Source of the DNA: Candidatus Gastranaerophilales bacterium
GTDB lineage: Bacteria; Cyanobacteriota; Vampirovibrionia; Gastranaerophilales; Gastranaerophilaceae
NCBI GenBank assembly: GCA_900767135.1
Contig: CAAFYU010000005.1
Span: 18,371 to 82,370, forward strand
DNA: 64,000 nucleotides
Reading direction: 5' to 3'
Part shown: positions 36,385-46,046 of the stretch, one piece after another
How positions within the stretch are numbered: position 1 is the first letter of the stretch
Layout: each line of letters starts with the position of its first letter
Position numbers and translations under genes: made by a program
Notes under the pieces: model-generated
What the model was told of the DNA's origin: nothing
What the model saw: only the letters and a program-made list of their open reading frames with translations
Databases searched by the model: none

Positions 36385-37920
36385 ATGGTAAATAAAGTTA
36401 CAACTGCAACCGTAATAGGGCTTGATGCATACAATGTGTCGGTGGAAACTGATGTTTTGAACGGAATTCCGTCATTTTCAATTGTTGGATTGCCTGATAC
36501 TGCAATAAATGAGGCACGTGACAGAGTTCGTTCAGCTATAAAAAATTCAGGTTTTACATTTCCCGCAAAAAAGGTAGTAATCAATCTTGCACCGGCGGAT
36601 TTGAAAAAAGAAGGATCAAATTTTGACCTTCCTATTGCTGTCGGCCTTCTTGTGGAAGAAGAGGTTTTGTCCGAAGAAAAACTCAAAGACTATGCATTTA
36701 TCGGCGAACTTTCTCTTGACGGTTCTTTGCGAGGTGTAACCGGTGTTTTGCCTTTGATTTTGGGATTAAAAGCACATGGGATAAAAAATGTTTTTGTGCC
36801 AAAAATTAACGCATCAGAAGCTGCTCTTGCAGGTGATATTAATATTTTTGGAGCAAGTTGCCTTTGTGATGTCGTTAATCATTTTGCAGATTCAAAAATT
36901 ACACCGACTATAATTGATATCCAAAACTATTTGGAAGAAGGTGCAAAGCAAGATTATTTATACGATTTTAAGGACGTAAAAGGACAACAAAAAGCGAAAA
37001 AAGCACTGGAAATTGCAGCCGGTGGTGGACATAATATGCTTATGATTGGCTCTCCGGGGTCTGGCAAAACCCTTATGGCAAAGTGTTTTGCATCAATTTT
37101 GCCACCATTGGAACTTCAAGAAGCACTTGAATTGACAAAAATTTACAGTATCTCAGGGCTTTTGTCGCCAGATGAACCGCTTATGACAAAACGTCCGTTT
37201 CGTGCAGTTCACCACACAGCTTCTGCAAACGGGATTATTGGTGGTGGAACAGTTCCAAAACCTGGGGAGATTACGCTTGCTCATCGTGGAGTTTTGTTTT
37301 TGGACGAAATGGTTGAATTTCCGAGAAATGTTTTGGAAGTTCTCAGACAACCGCTTGAAGACGGTGAAATAGTTATTTCAAGAGCTAAGCATTCGATTAA
37401 ATACCCTGCAAAATTTATGCTTTTGGGTGCGATGAATCCTTGCCCTTGCGGATATTTGGGTGATAAACAAAAGCAATGTACATGTTCTGAATTCCAGATA
37501 AGTCGTTATCAATCAAGGCTTTCAGGCCCATTGTTGGATAGAATTGATTTGCAAGTGGAAGTTCCTCGTCTAACGTCAGATGAGTTATTGAATATAGAAC
37601 CGGCGACTGAATCTTCGGCAGACATTCGAAAACGGGTTATAAAAGCTCGAAAAATTCAGGCAGAACGCTACAAAAACGATGGAATTTTGACGAATTCAGA
37701 ATTAACATCAAAACTTATCAAAAAATATTGTCAAATTGATGCACAATCGACAGCTTTACTAAAAACTGCAATTGTTAAATATCAGCTTTCAGGCAGACGT
37801 TACGATAGAATTCTCAAGCTTGCCCGTACAATTGCGGATTTGGATAATTCTGAAAATATCAAGCAAATCCATCTTATGCAGGCTTTGCAATACAGAATGT
37901 CTAATTTCCTGTCAAATTAA
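36385..37920 (+). CDS. comM: Mg-chelatase-like AAA+ protein ComM/YifB
   Basis: Lon-like N-domain (VETDVLNGIPSFSIVGLPD...ERVRSAIKNSGFTFP), Walker A GSPGSGKT, and Mg-chelatase ChlI-type C-terminus. Confidence 0.9.
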   Translation: MVNKVTTATVIGLDAYNVSVETDVLNGIPSFSIVGLPDTAINEARDRVRSAIKNSGFTFPAKKVVINLAPADLKKEGSNFDLPIAVGLLVEEEVLSEEKLKDYAFIGELSLDGSLRGVTGVLPLILGLKAHGIKNVFVPKINASEAALAGDINIFGASCLCDVVNHFADSKITPTIIDIQNYLEEGAKQDYLYDFKDVKGQQKAKKALEIAAGGGHNMLMIGSPGSGKTLMAKCFASILPPLELQEALELTKIYSISGLLSPDEPLMTKRPFRAVHHTASANGIIGGGTVPKPGEITLAHRGVLFLDEMVEFPRNVLEVLRQPLEDGEIVISRAKHSIKYPAKFMLLGAMNPCPCGYLGDKQKQCTCSEFQISRYQSRLSGPLLDRIDLQVEVPRLTSDELLNIEPATESSADIRKRVIKARKIQAERYKNDGILTNSELTSKLIKKYCQIDAQSTALLKTAIVKYQLSGRRYDRILKLARTIADLDNSENIKQIHLMQALQYRMSNFLSN

Positions 37921-38437
37921 AAAATCCGGCAACAAGCCCGACAAGTGCTGATATTGCAATATAAAACAGAGGATCACGTTTTTCTCTGATACTTGCGATG
38001 AAAAGCCCGATTAACAAAAACATTCCCCACAAATTAATATTATTAATAAACATATCAACGCCAACTGCCGCCAAAAGTCCGCAACCGGCAGGTTTTAGAG
38101 TGTAAATCACAGATTGAACGTATTTGTTTTCTCTAAATTTGTCCAAAAGCTTGGAAATTATGATTATCAGGATTAAAGAGGGAAGCATTACGGCAGTTGT
38201 TGCAACAAACGCGCCCGCAATTCCGCCGGTTGTAAATCCTGCAAAAGTTGCAACGTTTACCCCAATTGGCCCAGGGGTGATTGATGATACAGCAATCATA
38301 TCGGCTAATTGTTTTGTGGTGTACCATTTTTGAACGTCTGCTATGTGGTATAAAAACGGTAAGGTCGCATAACCACCACCATAAGAAAATAAACCAATAT
38401 GGAAAAATTCTAAAAATAACTTTAAATATATCAGCAT
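37901..38437 (-). CDS. chrA: Chromate transporter ChrA, short-form half (C-terminal partner)
   Basis: CHR-family motif FSYGGGYATLPF. About 180 aa with multiple TMs. Adjacent to the other half. Confidence 0.75.
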   Translation of the reverse strand: MLIYLKLFLEFFHIGLFSYGGGYATLPFLYHIADVQKWYTTKQLADMIAVSSITPGPIGVNVATFAGFTTGGIAGAFVATTAVMLPSLILIIIISKLLDKFRENKYVQSVIYTLKPAGCGLLAAVGVDMFINNINLWGMFLLIGLFIASIREKRDPLFYIAISALVGLVAGFFNLTGN

Positions 38438-38994
38438 TATTTTTTGCCTCCATATTCAATGTTTTTCTGTACTTGTAGCCACAAACCGATAAAAATTGCA
38501 AGAATTATAAGCCCTGCTGGCGGAGCCTTAAAAACACCTGACAAGATAAATGTTAGGAAAAACATTCCGCACGAAAACTTGTCTACAACGCTTTTTCGCC
38601 ACATTTCTTTTACTGCAAGATAAATCAAAATCATAACAGCAATTCCAACACCCCAAAAGATGCTTTGGACAAATTGCATTTTTACAACTTGTTCCAAAAT
38701 CCTTGCAATTATGATTATTGAAACAAATGCAGGCAAAACAAGACCTATTGTTGCGGTGAAAGCACCTGCCGTTCCTCTGAGTTTGTACCCCGTAAACATT
38801 GCAGTGTTTGCAGCAATAATTCCCGGAACACTTTGGCTAAGAGCGTAATATTCGCACAATGTATCGTCGTCAATCCAATGTTTTTTGTCAACAAGCTCAG
38901 ATTGCAAAAGTGGTAAAATTACATAGCCACCGCCAAGTAGCAAAGTGCCAACTTTAAAAAACGTTTTAAAAATCTGGTACAAAGATTTTTCCAT
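38437..38994 (-). CDS. chrA: Chromate transporter ChrA, short-form half (N-terminal partner)
   Basis: LLLGGGYVILPLLQSEL CHR motif. 185 aa. Start/stop overlaps the partner gene. Confidence 0.75.
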   Translation of the reverse strand: MEKSLYQIFKTFFKVGTLLLGGGYVILPLLQSELVDKKHWIDDDTLCEYYALSQSVPGIIAANTAMFTGYKLRGTAGAFTATIGLVLPAFVSIIIIARILEQVVKMQFVQSIFWGVGIAVMILIYLAVKEMWRKSVVDKFSCGMFFLTFILSGVFKAPPAGLIILAIFIGLWLQVQKNIEYGGKK

Positions 38995-39083
38995 AAGTCA
39001 ATTATACAATAAACAAAATATTCGCTAATTGGGTATGTAATTTCTCGCTATTTGAGTCTATTACTATTTTTCTATTATAATCC

Positions 39084-39431
39084 CTACAAATAAACATTTT
39101 TCAAATGTTCAATTTTAATCTCGGGTTTTAGGGTAATTCCGATTACGTCAATTCGAAAATCTTTGACTTTGTGTTCCGCCAAATAATATTGAACTCCCTG
39201 CTTTATATGTTCAAATTTCGTTTTTGTAATAGCTTCTGTCGGAGTGCCAAAAGCTGTTGTGGAACGAGTTTTTACCTCAACAAAAACAACTGTTTTTTTA
39301 TATTGTGCGATAATATCAATTTCGCAAAATCTGGAATAGTGTTTGTTCCGCTCTAAAATTTTATAGCCGTTTCTTTCTAAGAAACGACAAGCTAAGTCTT
39401 CGCCGGCATTTCCACGTTTTTTGTTATCCAT
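39084..39431 (-). CDS. yraN: YraN-family (UPF0102) endonuclease-like protein
   Basis: GNAGEDLACRFLERNGYKILERN...EIDIIA...VVFVEVKTR matches the YraN PD-(D/E)xK pattern. Confidence 0.8.
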   Translation of the reverse strand: MDNKKRGNAGEDLACRFLERNGYKILERNKHYSRFCEIDIIAQYKKTVVFVEVKTRSTTAFGTPTEAITKTKFEHIKQGVQYYLAEHKVKDFRIDVIGITLKPEIKIEHLKNVYL

Positions 39432-40330
39432 TATTGTTTAATTGTTCCTCGTGCAAATTTTGTAACATCATTTAGCACTGCAACCCATTTTGGACTGCAA
39501 TTTTTGCTCCAACGAGAAGGGCAAATATCTATTCCGCCACGTCTTGTGTATAATGCACAAACAAAAAGTTCATCGCCTTCGTCTAACAAATCATAGAACC
39601 TTTTAAAAATCATTTCACAACACTCTTCATGAAAATGATATTCTGAACGGAATGACGTCAGGTATTTTACAAGATTTCCTTCTTCTATGTGTTTTTTCGA
39701 TTTGTAATACAAATACAAATCGCCAAAATCCGGTTGGTGAGTGACTCTACAATTTGAACGAAGCGAATCGAAAGTTAAAAAATATTCTTTCGCTTCATTT
39801 ATTTGCTCGACTGTCAAAACTTCCGGAGCTTCTTTAAATTTGTCGATTTTTAACTCTTTTTCATCGACAAACTGCATAATGTTTTGAAAGTTCTCGAAAA
39901 TATTGATTTTGGGAGCATTATTGTCTATAAAGTTGACTTCAACTTTGGTTTGAAGCTTTTCCGACAAATCATGTTCAATCTTGTTTTTGCAGATATCAAG
40001 GCACTCTTTGATAGAGGAGCCAAATCGGCTCATATTAAAAGAATTCAGGTATAATTTTAAAGATTTTGACTCAACCAAAAATTTGCTATTTGGAGAGTAT
40101 TTCAACTTCAAAAGTCTTGTAACAGGAACTCCGTTTACACTCATTGCCGAAAATTCATAAGCGTGCCAAATATCCCAACCGTTGAATGGTAGGTCTTTGG
40201 AATTCAAGTTATATTGTTTTCTGTTTTCTTCTCTCGGAATGGCAACCAAAAGCGAAGGATCATAATTTTCGCTTCCTGCAACTTTTTTGCCTAAAAACTT
40301 TGATGCAATTTCGTCTGTTTTCATAAACAC
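39431..40330 (-). CDS. queF: NADPH-dependent 7-cyano-7-deazaguanine reductase QueF (bimodular type)
   Basis: VESKSLKLYLNSF contains the QueF motif E(S/L)K(S/A)LK(L/Y)(Y/F/W). Length (~300 aa) fits the two-domain YqcD type. Confidence 0.7.
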   Translation of the reverse strand: MFMKTDEIASKFLGKKVAGSENYDPSLLVAIPREENRKQYNLNSKDLPFNGWDIWHAYEFSAMSVNGVPVTRLLKLKYSPNSKFLVESKSLKLYLNSFNMSRFGSSIKECLDICKNKIEHDLSEKLQTKVEVNFIDNNAPKINIFENFQNIMQFVDEKELKIDKFKEAPEVLTVEQINEAKEYFLTFDSLRSNCRVTHQPDFGDLYLYYKSKKHIEEGNLVKYLTSFRSEYHFHEECCEMIFKRFYDLLDEGDELFVCALYTRRGGIDICPSRWSKNCSPKWVAVLNDVTKFARGTIKQ

Positions 40331-40465
40331 ATTTTAGCACGAAAACCATTTTACTAATAGCATCTGAATAACTTTTGTAAATTTTACCATTACACATCAT
40401 AATCAGTCGTCATTCTGAAAGCATAGAAAATTATTTTGAACGAGTAGTGAAAAAATAAGCTAATT

Positions 40466-40759
40466 CTAACCAAGCTTGAACGTCACACCTTTTGTTCCTT
40501 TTGGGTATTCCCATTCTAAGGAATTGTCCTCGCAAGCGATTCTACACGCACCGCATTCTAGGCAATTTTCATAATTTACGATTAGTTTTTTTGAGTTTTC
40601 GTCCCACTCATACACTCCTGCCGGACAGATTTTTGTACAAATCCTTGAAGTACATTCTTGGCAACTTTTTTGATTTGGTTTTAGGTGTGAAGTTGTGTCC
40701 GGTGTGTATTTTACGGTGTATAATTTGTCTTCTAGGTTGCTCATTTTAAAATCCCCCAT
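40466..40759 (-). CDS. fixX: FixX-type ferredoxin-like protein
   Basis: 4Fe-4S Cys clusters (CQECTSRICTKICP, CLECGACRIAC). Sits directly downstream of fixC and overlaps it. Confidence 0.7.
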   Translation of the reverse strand: MGDFKMSNLEDKLYTVKYTPDTTSHLKPNQKSCQECTSRICTKICPAGVYEWDENSKKLIVNYENCLECGACRIACEDNSLEWEYPKGTKGVTFKLG

Positions 40760-42063
40760 AAAAGTTTGATTGCGGCTTTTGCATCTTTAAATATTTCCGA
40801 AATTTTCCTGTCTTTGAAAAAACTTTTAATAAAATTATGATATTTTTCTCGTTTCGGAACACTATCTACCGATGTAAACATTTCAAAAAATTCACTAATT
40901 TTTTTTGGATAGTAGCCTAAAAAGTGTTCTGCTCTTTCGCCGACACCGCTCATCAAATCTTTGTAAGTTCGTAAATCCTTCATTATAAAAGAATTTTCGA
41001 GTAAATCTTGATAGTGCGAAAGAGTATGTTCTGAATAATCTTTTTTGCCAAGTGCAATAATTGCGGTTTCACCTGCCAATTTGCCTGAAATCATCGCTAA
41101 GTTTGTTCCTTCCCAGTGCATGTTGTTTACAAACATTGCAGCGTCGCCACAAACCATTACACCTGCCCCAAAAAGCAACGGAATTTTCTTGTATCCGCCT
41201 TCCGGAATCAAGTGAGCAGAATATTCCAAAAGTTCTCCGTCTTTAAGTAATGGAGCAATTTCCGGGTGTGCTTTGAGTTTGTCTAACATGTCGTAAGGTT
41301 TAAGTTCTCGTTCTATGAGTTCACTCAAAGTTATGCCTAGTCCGATTGTAACAGATGTTTTGTTTGTGTACATAAATCCAAGCCCAAGCATTCCAAGCAT
41401 AGGACCACCAAAAATTTCATAAATACAACCTTCGTCGCTGTTTACATGAAATCTGTCATTGATAACTTGTTCAGGAAGTTTTATAACTTCTTTTACGCTA
41501 AGAGCAACATCTTCCGGTTTTATGTCACCACGTAAACCTACTTGTTTTGCTAAAAGAGAATTTACTCCGTCTGCAAGCACGACAATGTTTGCATAATAAT
41601 CTTCAAGTTCTGTTTTAACGCCTTTTACAAACCCGTCCTCAATAATAAGTTCTCTAACAACCGTTTCTTCAACGATTACAACTCCTTCTTTTTTGGCTTC
41701 TTCTGCCGCCCAGCGGTCAAATTTTCCTCGAATTACCGTATAGCTAACAGCATCTTGTAATTTTTTCTTGTGCGAAATCACAGTTGCATCATTTTCTGTA
41801 AGTAATGCAAATTTATGTTCAATATTTTTTCTTTCAAGTGGTGCACTTTGCTCAAAATCAGGGAATATTTCTCGTGTTGGTTGGGCATAAATGGCACCGC
41901 CAAATACATTTTTACTTCCAGCAAATTTTCCCCTTTCGATAAGTACAACTTTTTTTCCTGCTCTTGCAAGTGTGATTGCACATGAAATTCCGGCAGGCCC
42001 ACCTCCAACAACTATAACTTCTGTTTTATTTTCTATATTCTCCATAATAACCGCTTTCATCAC
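40741..42063 (-). CDS. fixC: Electron-transfer-flavoprotein:quinone oxidoreductase FixC
   Basis: FAD-binding GGGPAGISCAITLARAGKKVVLIERG. About 440 aa. fixX follows. Confidence 0.8.
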   Translation of the reverse strand: MMKAVIMENIENKTEVIVVGGGPAGISCAITLARAGKKVVLIERGKFAGSKNVFGGAIYAQPTREIFPDFEQSAPLERKNIEHKFALLTENDATVISHKKKLQDAVSYTVIRGKFDRWAAEEAKKEGVVIVEETVVRELIIEDGFVKGVKTELEDYYANIVVLADGVNSLLAKQVGLRGDIKPEDVALSVKEVIKLPEQVINDRFHVNSDEGCIYEIFGGPMLGMLGLGFMYTNKTSVTIGLGITLSELIERELKPYDMLDKLKAHPEIAPLLKDGELLEYSAHLIPEGGYKKIPLLFGAGVMVCGDAAMFVNNMHWEGTNLAMISGKLAGETAIIALGKKDYSEHTLSHYQDLLENSFIMKDLRTYKDLMSGVGERAEHFLGYYPKKISEFFEMFTSVDSVPKREKYHNFIKSFFKDRKISEIFKDAKAAIKLLWGILK

Positions 42064-42155
42064 TTAAAAAGATTAAATCTGACTCGGCAAACTTTATAAA
42101 TCTCAGTTTACAATAGCACTATACATCAAATTTTATTCATTGTAAAATAGTTAAT

Positions 42156-42668
42156 ATGATAATTACAGCAGGTAAATTTAAGGGGCAGAAAGTTGTCGCT
42201 CCGGACGAAAATATTACTCGCCCAACACTTTCAAAAGTAAGAATGAGTATTTTTAACACATTACAAGCACTCATTGAATTCAATGGAAGTTCTTTTTTGG
42301 ACATGTTTGCAGGTTCAGGAATAATGGGGTTGGAAGCTTTGTCAAGAGGTTTTGAAAGTGCCGTTGCTATTGAAAAAAATCCAAAAGTTGTTAGGGTGAT
42401 AAAAGAAAACTTTAAAAAATTTAAACAAGCACCGAAATTGTTGGTTGGTGATAGTATTAAAGTTTTATCTAAATCAGAGCAAAATTTTGATGTAATTTAC
42501 ATTGATCCGCCATACTTTTCAGGTGTTTACGAAAATAGCCTTGAAGTGGTTCGAAATATATCATCTGGCATTGTTATTTTAGAACATGTAGTCGATGTTG
42601 ATTTTGGGGATTTTGAAGTTATAAAACAAAAAAAGTATGGTGATAAATTTGTAACTTTTTTAAGATAA
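42156..42668 (+). CDS. rsmD: 16S rRNA (guanine966-N2)-methyltransferase RsmD
   Basis: LDMFAGSGIMGLEAL SAM motif and DPPY catalytic motif. 170 aa. Confidence 0.8.
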   Translation: MIITAGKFKGQKVVAPDENITRPTLSKVRMSIFNTLQALIEFNGSSFLDMFAGSGIMGLEALSRGFESAVAIEKNPKVVRVIKENFKKFKQAPKLLVGDSIKVLSKSEQNFDVIYIDPPYFSGVYENSLEVVRNISSGIVILEHVVDVDFGDFEVIKQKKYGDKFVTFLR

Positions 42669-42700
42669 ATGTTTTGGCAGAATGTTAAAACTTTCTTTAT

Positions 42701-43696
42701 TTAATTTGATGCAAGCTCGTTTTCGCCAAACAAAAATACTTGTAACACATTTTCTTGTTGTTTTATTGGTTTATAAAAATCCTTGATTAAAACGCATTGT
42801 GTCTGAATACAGTTCAAATTTCTCTCGTGCAAATATTTTTCCACTAAGTCTGCGTTCACTGTGTATTGACGATGTTTCAAGAACGCATAGAATGTCGATT
42901 TCCTTCTCGAAATTTCACCTAATGCAAAATTTATAATTTCGTCATAAGGCACTCCGTAAGCGTCATTTAGCGATAAATCTATAATAAAATTCAAATTGTC
43001 GCTTGTTGTAATTGATAAATATGCAATAATTCTGTGGTTTGACGGTTCTTCTAACACGTAACGGTTTTTGTAATAATTTGTCAAACCTTCAAAAATCGGT
43101 TCTCTGTATTCCGTTTTGAGCCTTTGAAGTGACAGTTTGTAAAGCGGTTTGAGTTCGCTGTTGTATAGCTGTGCGACTTGCTTGGCATCAGAGTTTTGGC
43201 AGTATCTGAAATCAGCGACAACATCAGTTTCCGGCTTGAAATTATCCAGTTTCCACAAATTTTCATAACTGCATTGCCTAAATCCACAACCTTGCATAAA
43301 CAAATTTAAAAGCTCATCGTGTGACTGATCGACTGTTACAGCAAAAGAAGTTGCACCTTTTGCACCAAATCTTGCGATAACAAATTCGACAAGGCGTTTA
43401 CCTACATCGTACATGTTTTGTTGAAACACAAGTCTTGTTATATTCATTTTGTAAGGATTTCCGCTCGTTGGAACAACAGTAATTAATCCAAGAATTTCTT
43501 TTTTCTCTAAGAGAATATAAGTTTCAGGCAAGAACTTATATTTCAACGGCAAAAGGCCATGAATTAAACCAAAAGCCTCTGCTGTAAGTGCTTTTGAAAA
43601 CTTTTCGTTATCCCCAAGGTACGAAATCATTTTTTTTATTTTTGGTGCATCAAAACAATTTAATCTTCTTATTAACGTCATAAAAATATTATACAA
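42701..43696 (-). CDS. Hypothetical protein, possibly tandem GNAT-like acyltransferase folds
   Basis: YDVGKRLVEFVIARFGAKGATSFAVTV and FMQGCGFR resemble GNAT motifs A/B. Weak. Confidence 0.4.
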   Translation of the reverse strand: MYNIFMTLIRRLNCFDAPKIKKMISYLGDNEKFSKALTAEAFGLIHGLLPLKYKFLPETYILLEKKEILGLITVVPTSGNPYKMNITRLVFQQNMYDVGKRLVEFVIARFGAKGATSFAVTVDQSHDELLNLFMQGCGFRQCSYENLWKLDNFKPETDVVADFRYCQNSDAKQVAQLYNSELKPLYKLSLQRLKTEYREPIFEGLTNYYKNRYVLEEPSNHRIIAYLSITTSDNLNFIIDLSLNDAYGVPYDEIINFALGEISRRKSTFYAFLKHRQYTVNADLVEKYLHERNLNCIQTQCVLIKDFYKPIKQQENVLQVFLFGENELASN

Positions 43697-43748
43697 TTTA
43701 TTTTTATCTTTTCAAGTTTGTGATAAAATCTTTACGAGAGGTCAGAGA

Positions 43749-44735
43749 ATGAAAACAGCAGTAATTAATGATGACAAAATCATAATAAGGCAAGCCGATG
43801 ATATCAAACTTGACGGTCGAAAAGGTGCTATCGTAAAAGTTTTAGGTTGTGGGCTTTGTGGATCTGATATCGTTAAGTTTGTACATAAAATTGCGAAAAA
43901 CGGAACGGTTTTGGGGCACGAAATTGTCGCTCAAATAGTTGATATAAATTCAGAAACCAATTTTAAAGTTGGTGATGAAATAGTTACATCACACCATATT
44001 CCTTGTGGAGAATGCATTTATTGTAAACATGGAAACGTTTCTATGTGTCAGCATTTCAAGTCAACAAATATTCGCCCGGGAGGATTTTCTGAGTTTGTTT
44101 ATTTAAGCGAAGAACATCTTCAAAATGTCGCACATATCAAACCTGAAAACTTGACTGATATTGAGGCATCTTTCTATGAACCGCTTGGGTGTATTGTTAG
44201 AGCAGTAAAAAGAGCGAATTTATTGGAAGGCGATGAGGCACTTGTTGTCGGATTGGGCTCAATCGGAATTTTGACAGCACAAGCACTAAAAGCTTACGGT
44301 GCAAAGGTTACAGGCTGTGATTTAATTCCTGAACGTGTTGAGTTCTTGAAATCGTTAGGAATAAATGCAGTTGATGTCAGAACTTTGTCAGAAGAACATA
44401 AATTTGACGGAATATTCATGACATCAGGTGCGGACAAGGCGATTGATACAGCTTTAAAATACGTTCGAAACGGAGGAAAAATCCTTGTATTTTCAAGCAC
44501 TCCGCACGACGAGTCGGCCTATCCAAACAACGAAATCTATTACAGAGAATTGACTGTAATGGGAAGTTATTCGCCGTCACCTGCGGATTTAAAGGATTCT
44601 TTGGAACTCTTGAAAACGAAAAAAGTCGTTGTTAAAGGACTTTCAACAGAATACAAACTTGACGACATTGAACAAGCCTTTGAGGACACAATGGCAAATC
44701 GGATTATGAAGGCGTATATCAGTGTGAGTAGCTAA
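43749..44735 (+). CDS. Zn-dependent medium-chain alcohol/polyol dehydrogenase (threonine/sorbitol dehydrogenase-like)
   Basis: GCGLCGSDI with GHE, structural-Zn Cys cluster (CGECIYCKHGNVSMC), GLGSIG Rossmann motif. Confidence 0.8.
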   Translation: MKTAVINDDKIIIRQADDIKLDGRKGAIVKVLGCGLCGSDIVKFVHKIAKNGTVLGHEIVAQIVDINSETNFKVGDEIVTSHHIPCGECIYCKHGNVSMCQHFKSTNIRPGGFSEFVYLSEEHLQNVAHIKPENLTDIEASFYEPLGCIVRAVKRANLLEGDEALVVGLGSIGILTAQALKAYGAKVTGCDLIPERVEFLKSLGINAVDVRTLSEEHKFDGIFMTSGADKAIDTALKYVRNGGKILVFSSTPHDESAYPNNEIYYRELTVMGSYSPSPADLKDSLELLKTKKVVVKGLSTEYKLDDIEQAFEDTMANRIMKAYISVSS

Positions 44736-44924
44736 GCAGGTCGGAAGCTTGCTAAATTGCAGCGAAGTGAATAAGTGAATAAGAAAATAGGTGAATAGGT
44801 TCTTATCGCTCACTTTGTTCGAAATAATATAAAGCTTCTATATTCAAAATCTTTCTACGAGTATGAAAATCGCTTTTTGAAATGAACTTATTCACTAATT
44901 CACTTATTTTCTTATTCACTTACA
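44736..44924. repeat. Composite intergenic element: a GCTAAGC-rich module (44736-44766), then GTGAATA heptamer array (44768-44800), 87-nt centre, inverted TTATTCAC array (44888-44924).
   Basis: Direct reading. Arms are imperfect; about 19 nt match exactly. Lies between the two Zn-ADH genes and starts at the stop codon of the first. Confidence 0.75.
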
Positions 44925-44963
44925 AATAGTATTTGGGTATTCCCCACAACCAAAAGGAAAACA

Positions 44964-46007
44964 ATGAAAGCAATACAATATTACGGACCACAAAATATTA
45001 AATATGAAGAAGTTATGGTAAAACCGCCACAAGAAGGCGAAGTTGTCGTAAAAGTCATGTCAGCTTTGACTTGCGGAACTGATGTTAAGACATTCAGACG
45101 CGGGCACCCTGTCTTGATTAAATCAGTGCCGTCGGGCTTCGGGCACGAGTTTGCAGGGATTGTTGAAAAAGTCGGCAAAGGTGTTGAGAATGTTAAAGTT
45201 GGCGACAGAGTTGTTGCGGCGAATTCTGCACCTTGCGGAAAATGTTTTTATTGCAGACATGAAGAGTTCAATTTGTGCGAGAATTTAGACTTATTGAACG
45301 GAGCTTATGCTGAATATATCACAGTTCCGGCACGTATTGTTGAAAAAAATATGCTTATTTTGCCGGATAATTTAAGTTTTGATAAAGCCGCATTTTGCGA
45401 ACCTTTGGCAAATGTAGTTCATGGTGTTGAAAGGACAGGGATTAAAGCAGGGCAAACTGTTGGTATTATTGGGATTGGCCCTATTGGTTTGATGTTTGCA
45501 AGACTTGCAAAATTGAAAGGTGCAAATGTTATTGTTGCCGGAAGAAATCCAATAAAATTAAAGGCAGCAGAAGATTTTGCACACGCCGATGAAATCGTTG
45601 ATTTGACAAGATATCCAAATCCTGAAAAGATTTTTAGAGAGTTTACGGAAGAACACAAAGGGCTTGATGTTGCAGTGGAATGCGTTGGGTTGCCTGAGAT
45701 TTGGGAAAGAATATTCTCTTGTGTTCGCCCTGGTGGGACTGTTCACTTCTTTGGCGGGTGCAAATCAGGTTCTACCGTAACTTTTGACACAACAAAAATG
45801 CATTACGGCGACATCAAATTGATGAGCGTGTTCCACCATACGCCAAAATATTTCAGAATGGCGTTGGATTACATTGCATCAGGCGATGTTGAGGTGGAAA
45901 AACTTATCACAGATACCTTGCCTTTGAATAAGGTTGAATGGGCTATGCACCAACATATTGAGGGCAAAGCGATTAAGTTTTTGATTAAGCCACAAATGAA
46001 AGATTAG
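44964..46007 (+). CDS. Zn-dependent medium-chain alcohol/polyol dehydrogenase (second paralog)
   Basis: CGTDV...GHEFAG, CGKCFYCRHEEFNLC, GIGPIG motifs. Confidence 0.8.
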   Translation: MKAIQYYGPQNIKYEEVMVKPPQEGEVVVKVMSALTCGTDVKTFRRGHPVLIKSVPSGFGHEFAGIVEKVGKGVENVKVGDRVVAANSAPCGKCFYCRHEEFNLCENLDLLNGAYAEYITVPARIVEKNMLILPDNLSFDKAAFCEPLANVVHGVERTGIKAGQTVGIIGIGPIGLMFARLAKLKGANVIVAGRNPIKLKAAEDFAHADEIVDLTRYPNPEKIFREFTEEHKGLDVAVECVGLPEIWERIFSCVRPGGTVHFFGGCKSGSTVTFDTTKMHYGDIKLMSVFHHTPKYFRMALDYIASGDVEVEKLITDTLPLNKVEWAMHQHIEGKAIKFLIKPQMKD

Positions 46008-46046
46008 AGCTCGATTGTAGGTCGGCATTGCAATGCCGACAAAATG

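Noticed and set aside
36385-37920. ComM (Mg-chelatase-like AAA+) considered as part of a defense or mobile system
   Set aside because: The full-length, canonical YifB/ComM architecture is conserved broadly as a single chromosomal gene. The neighbours are LPS and transporter genes.
37901-38994. Two adjacent ~180-aa ChrA ORFs considered as a frameshifted pseudogene
   Set aside because: Short-form CHR transporters are known to be encoded as two separate half-size genes; each half here has its own CHR motif. The 1-nt start/stop overlap is typical of such pairs.
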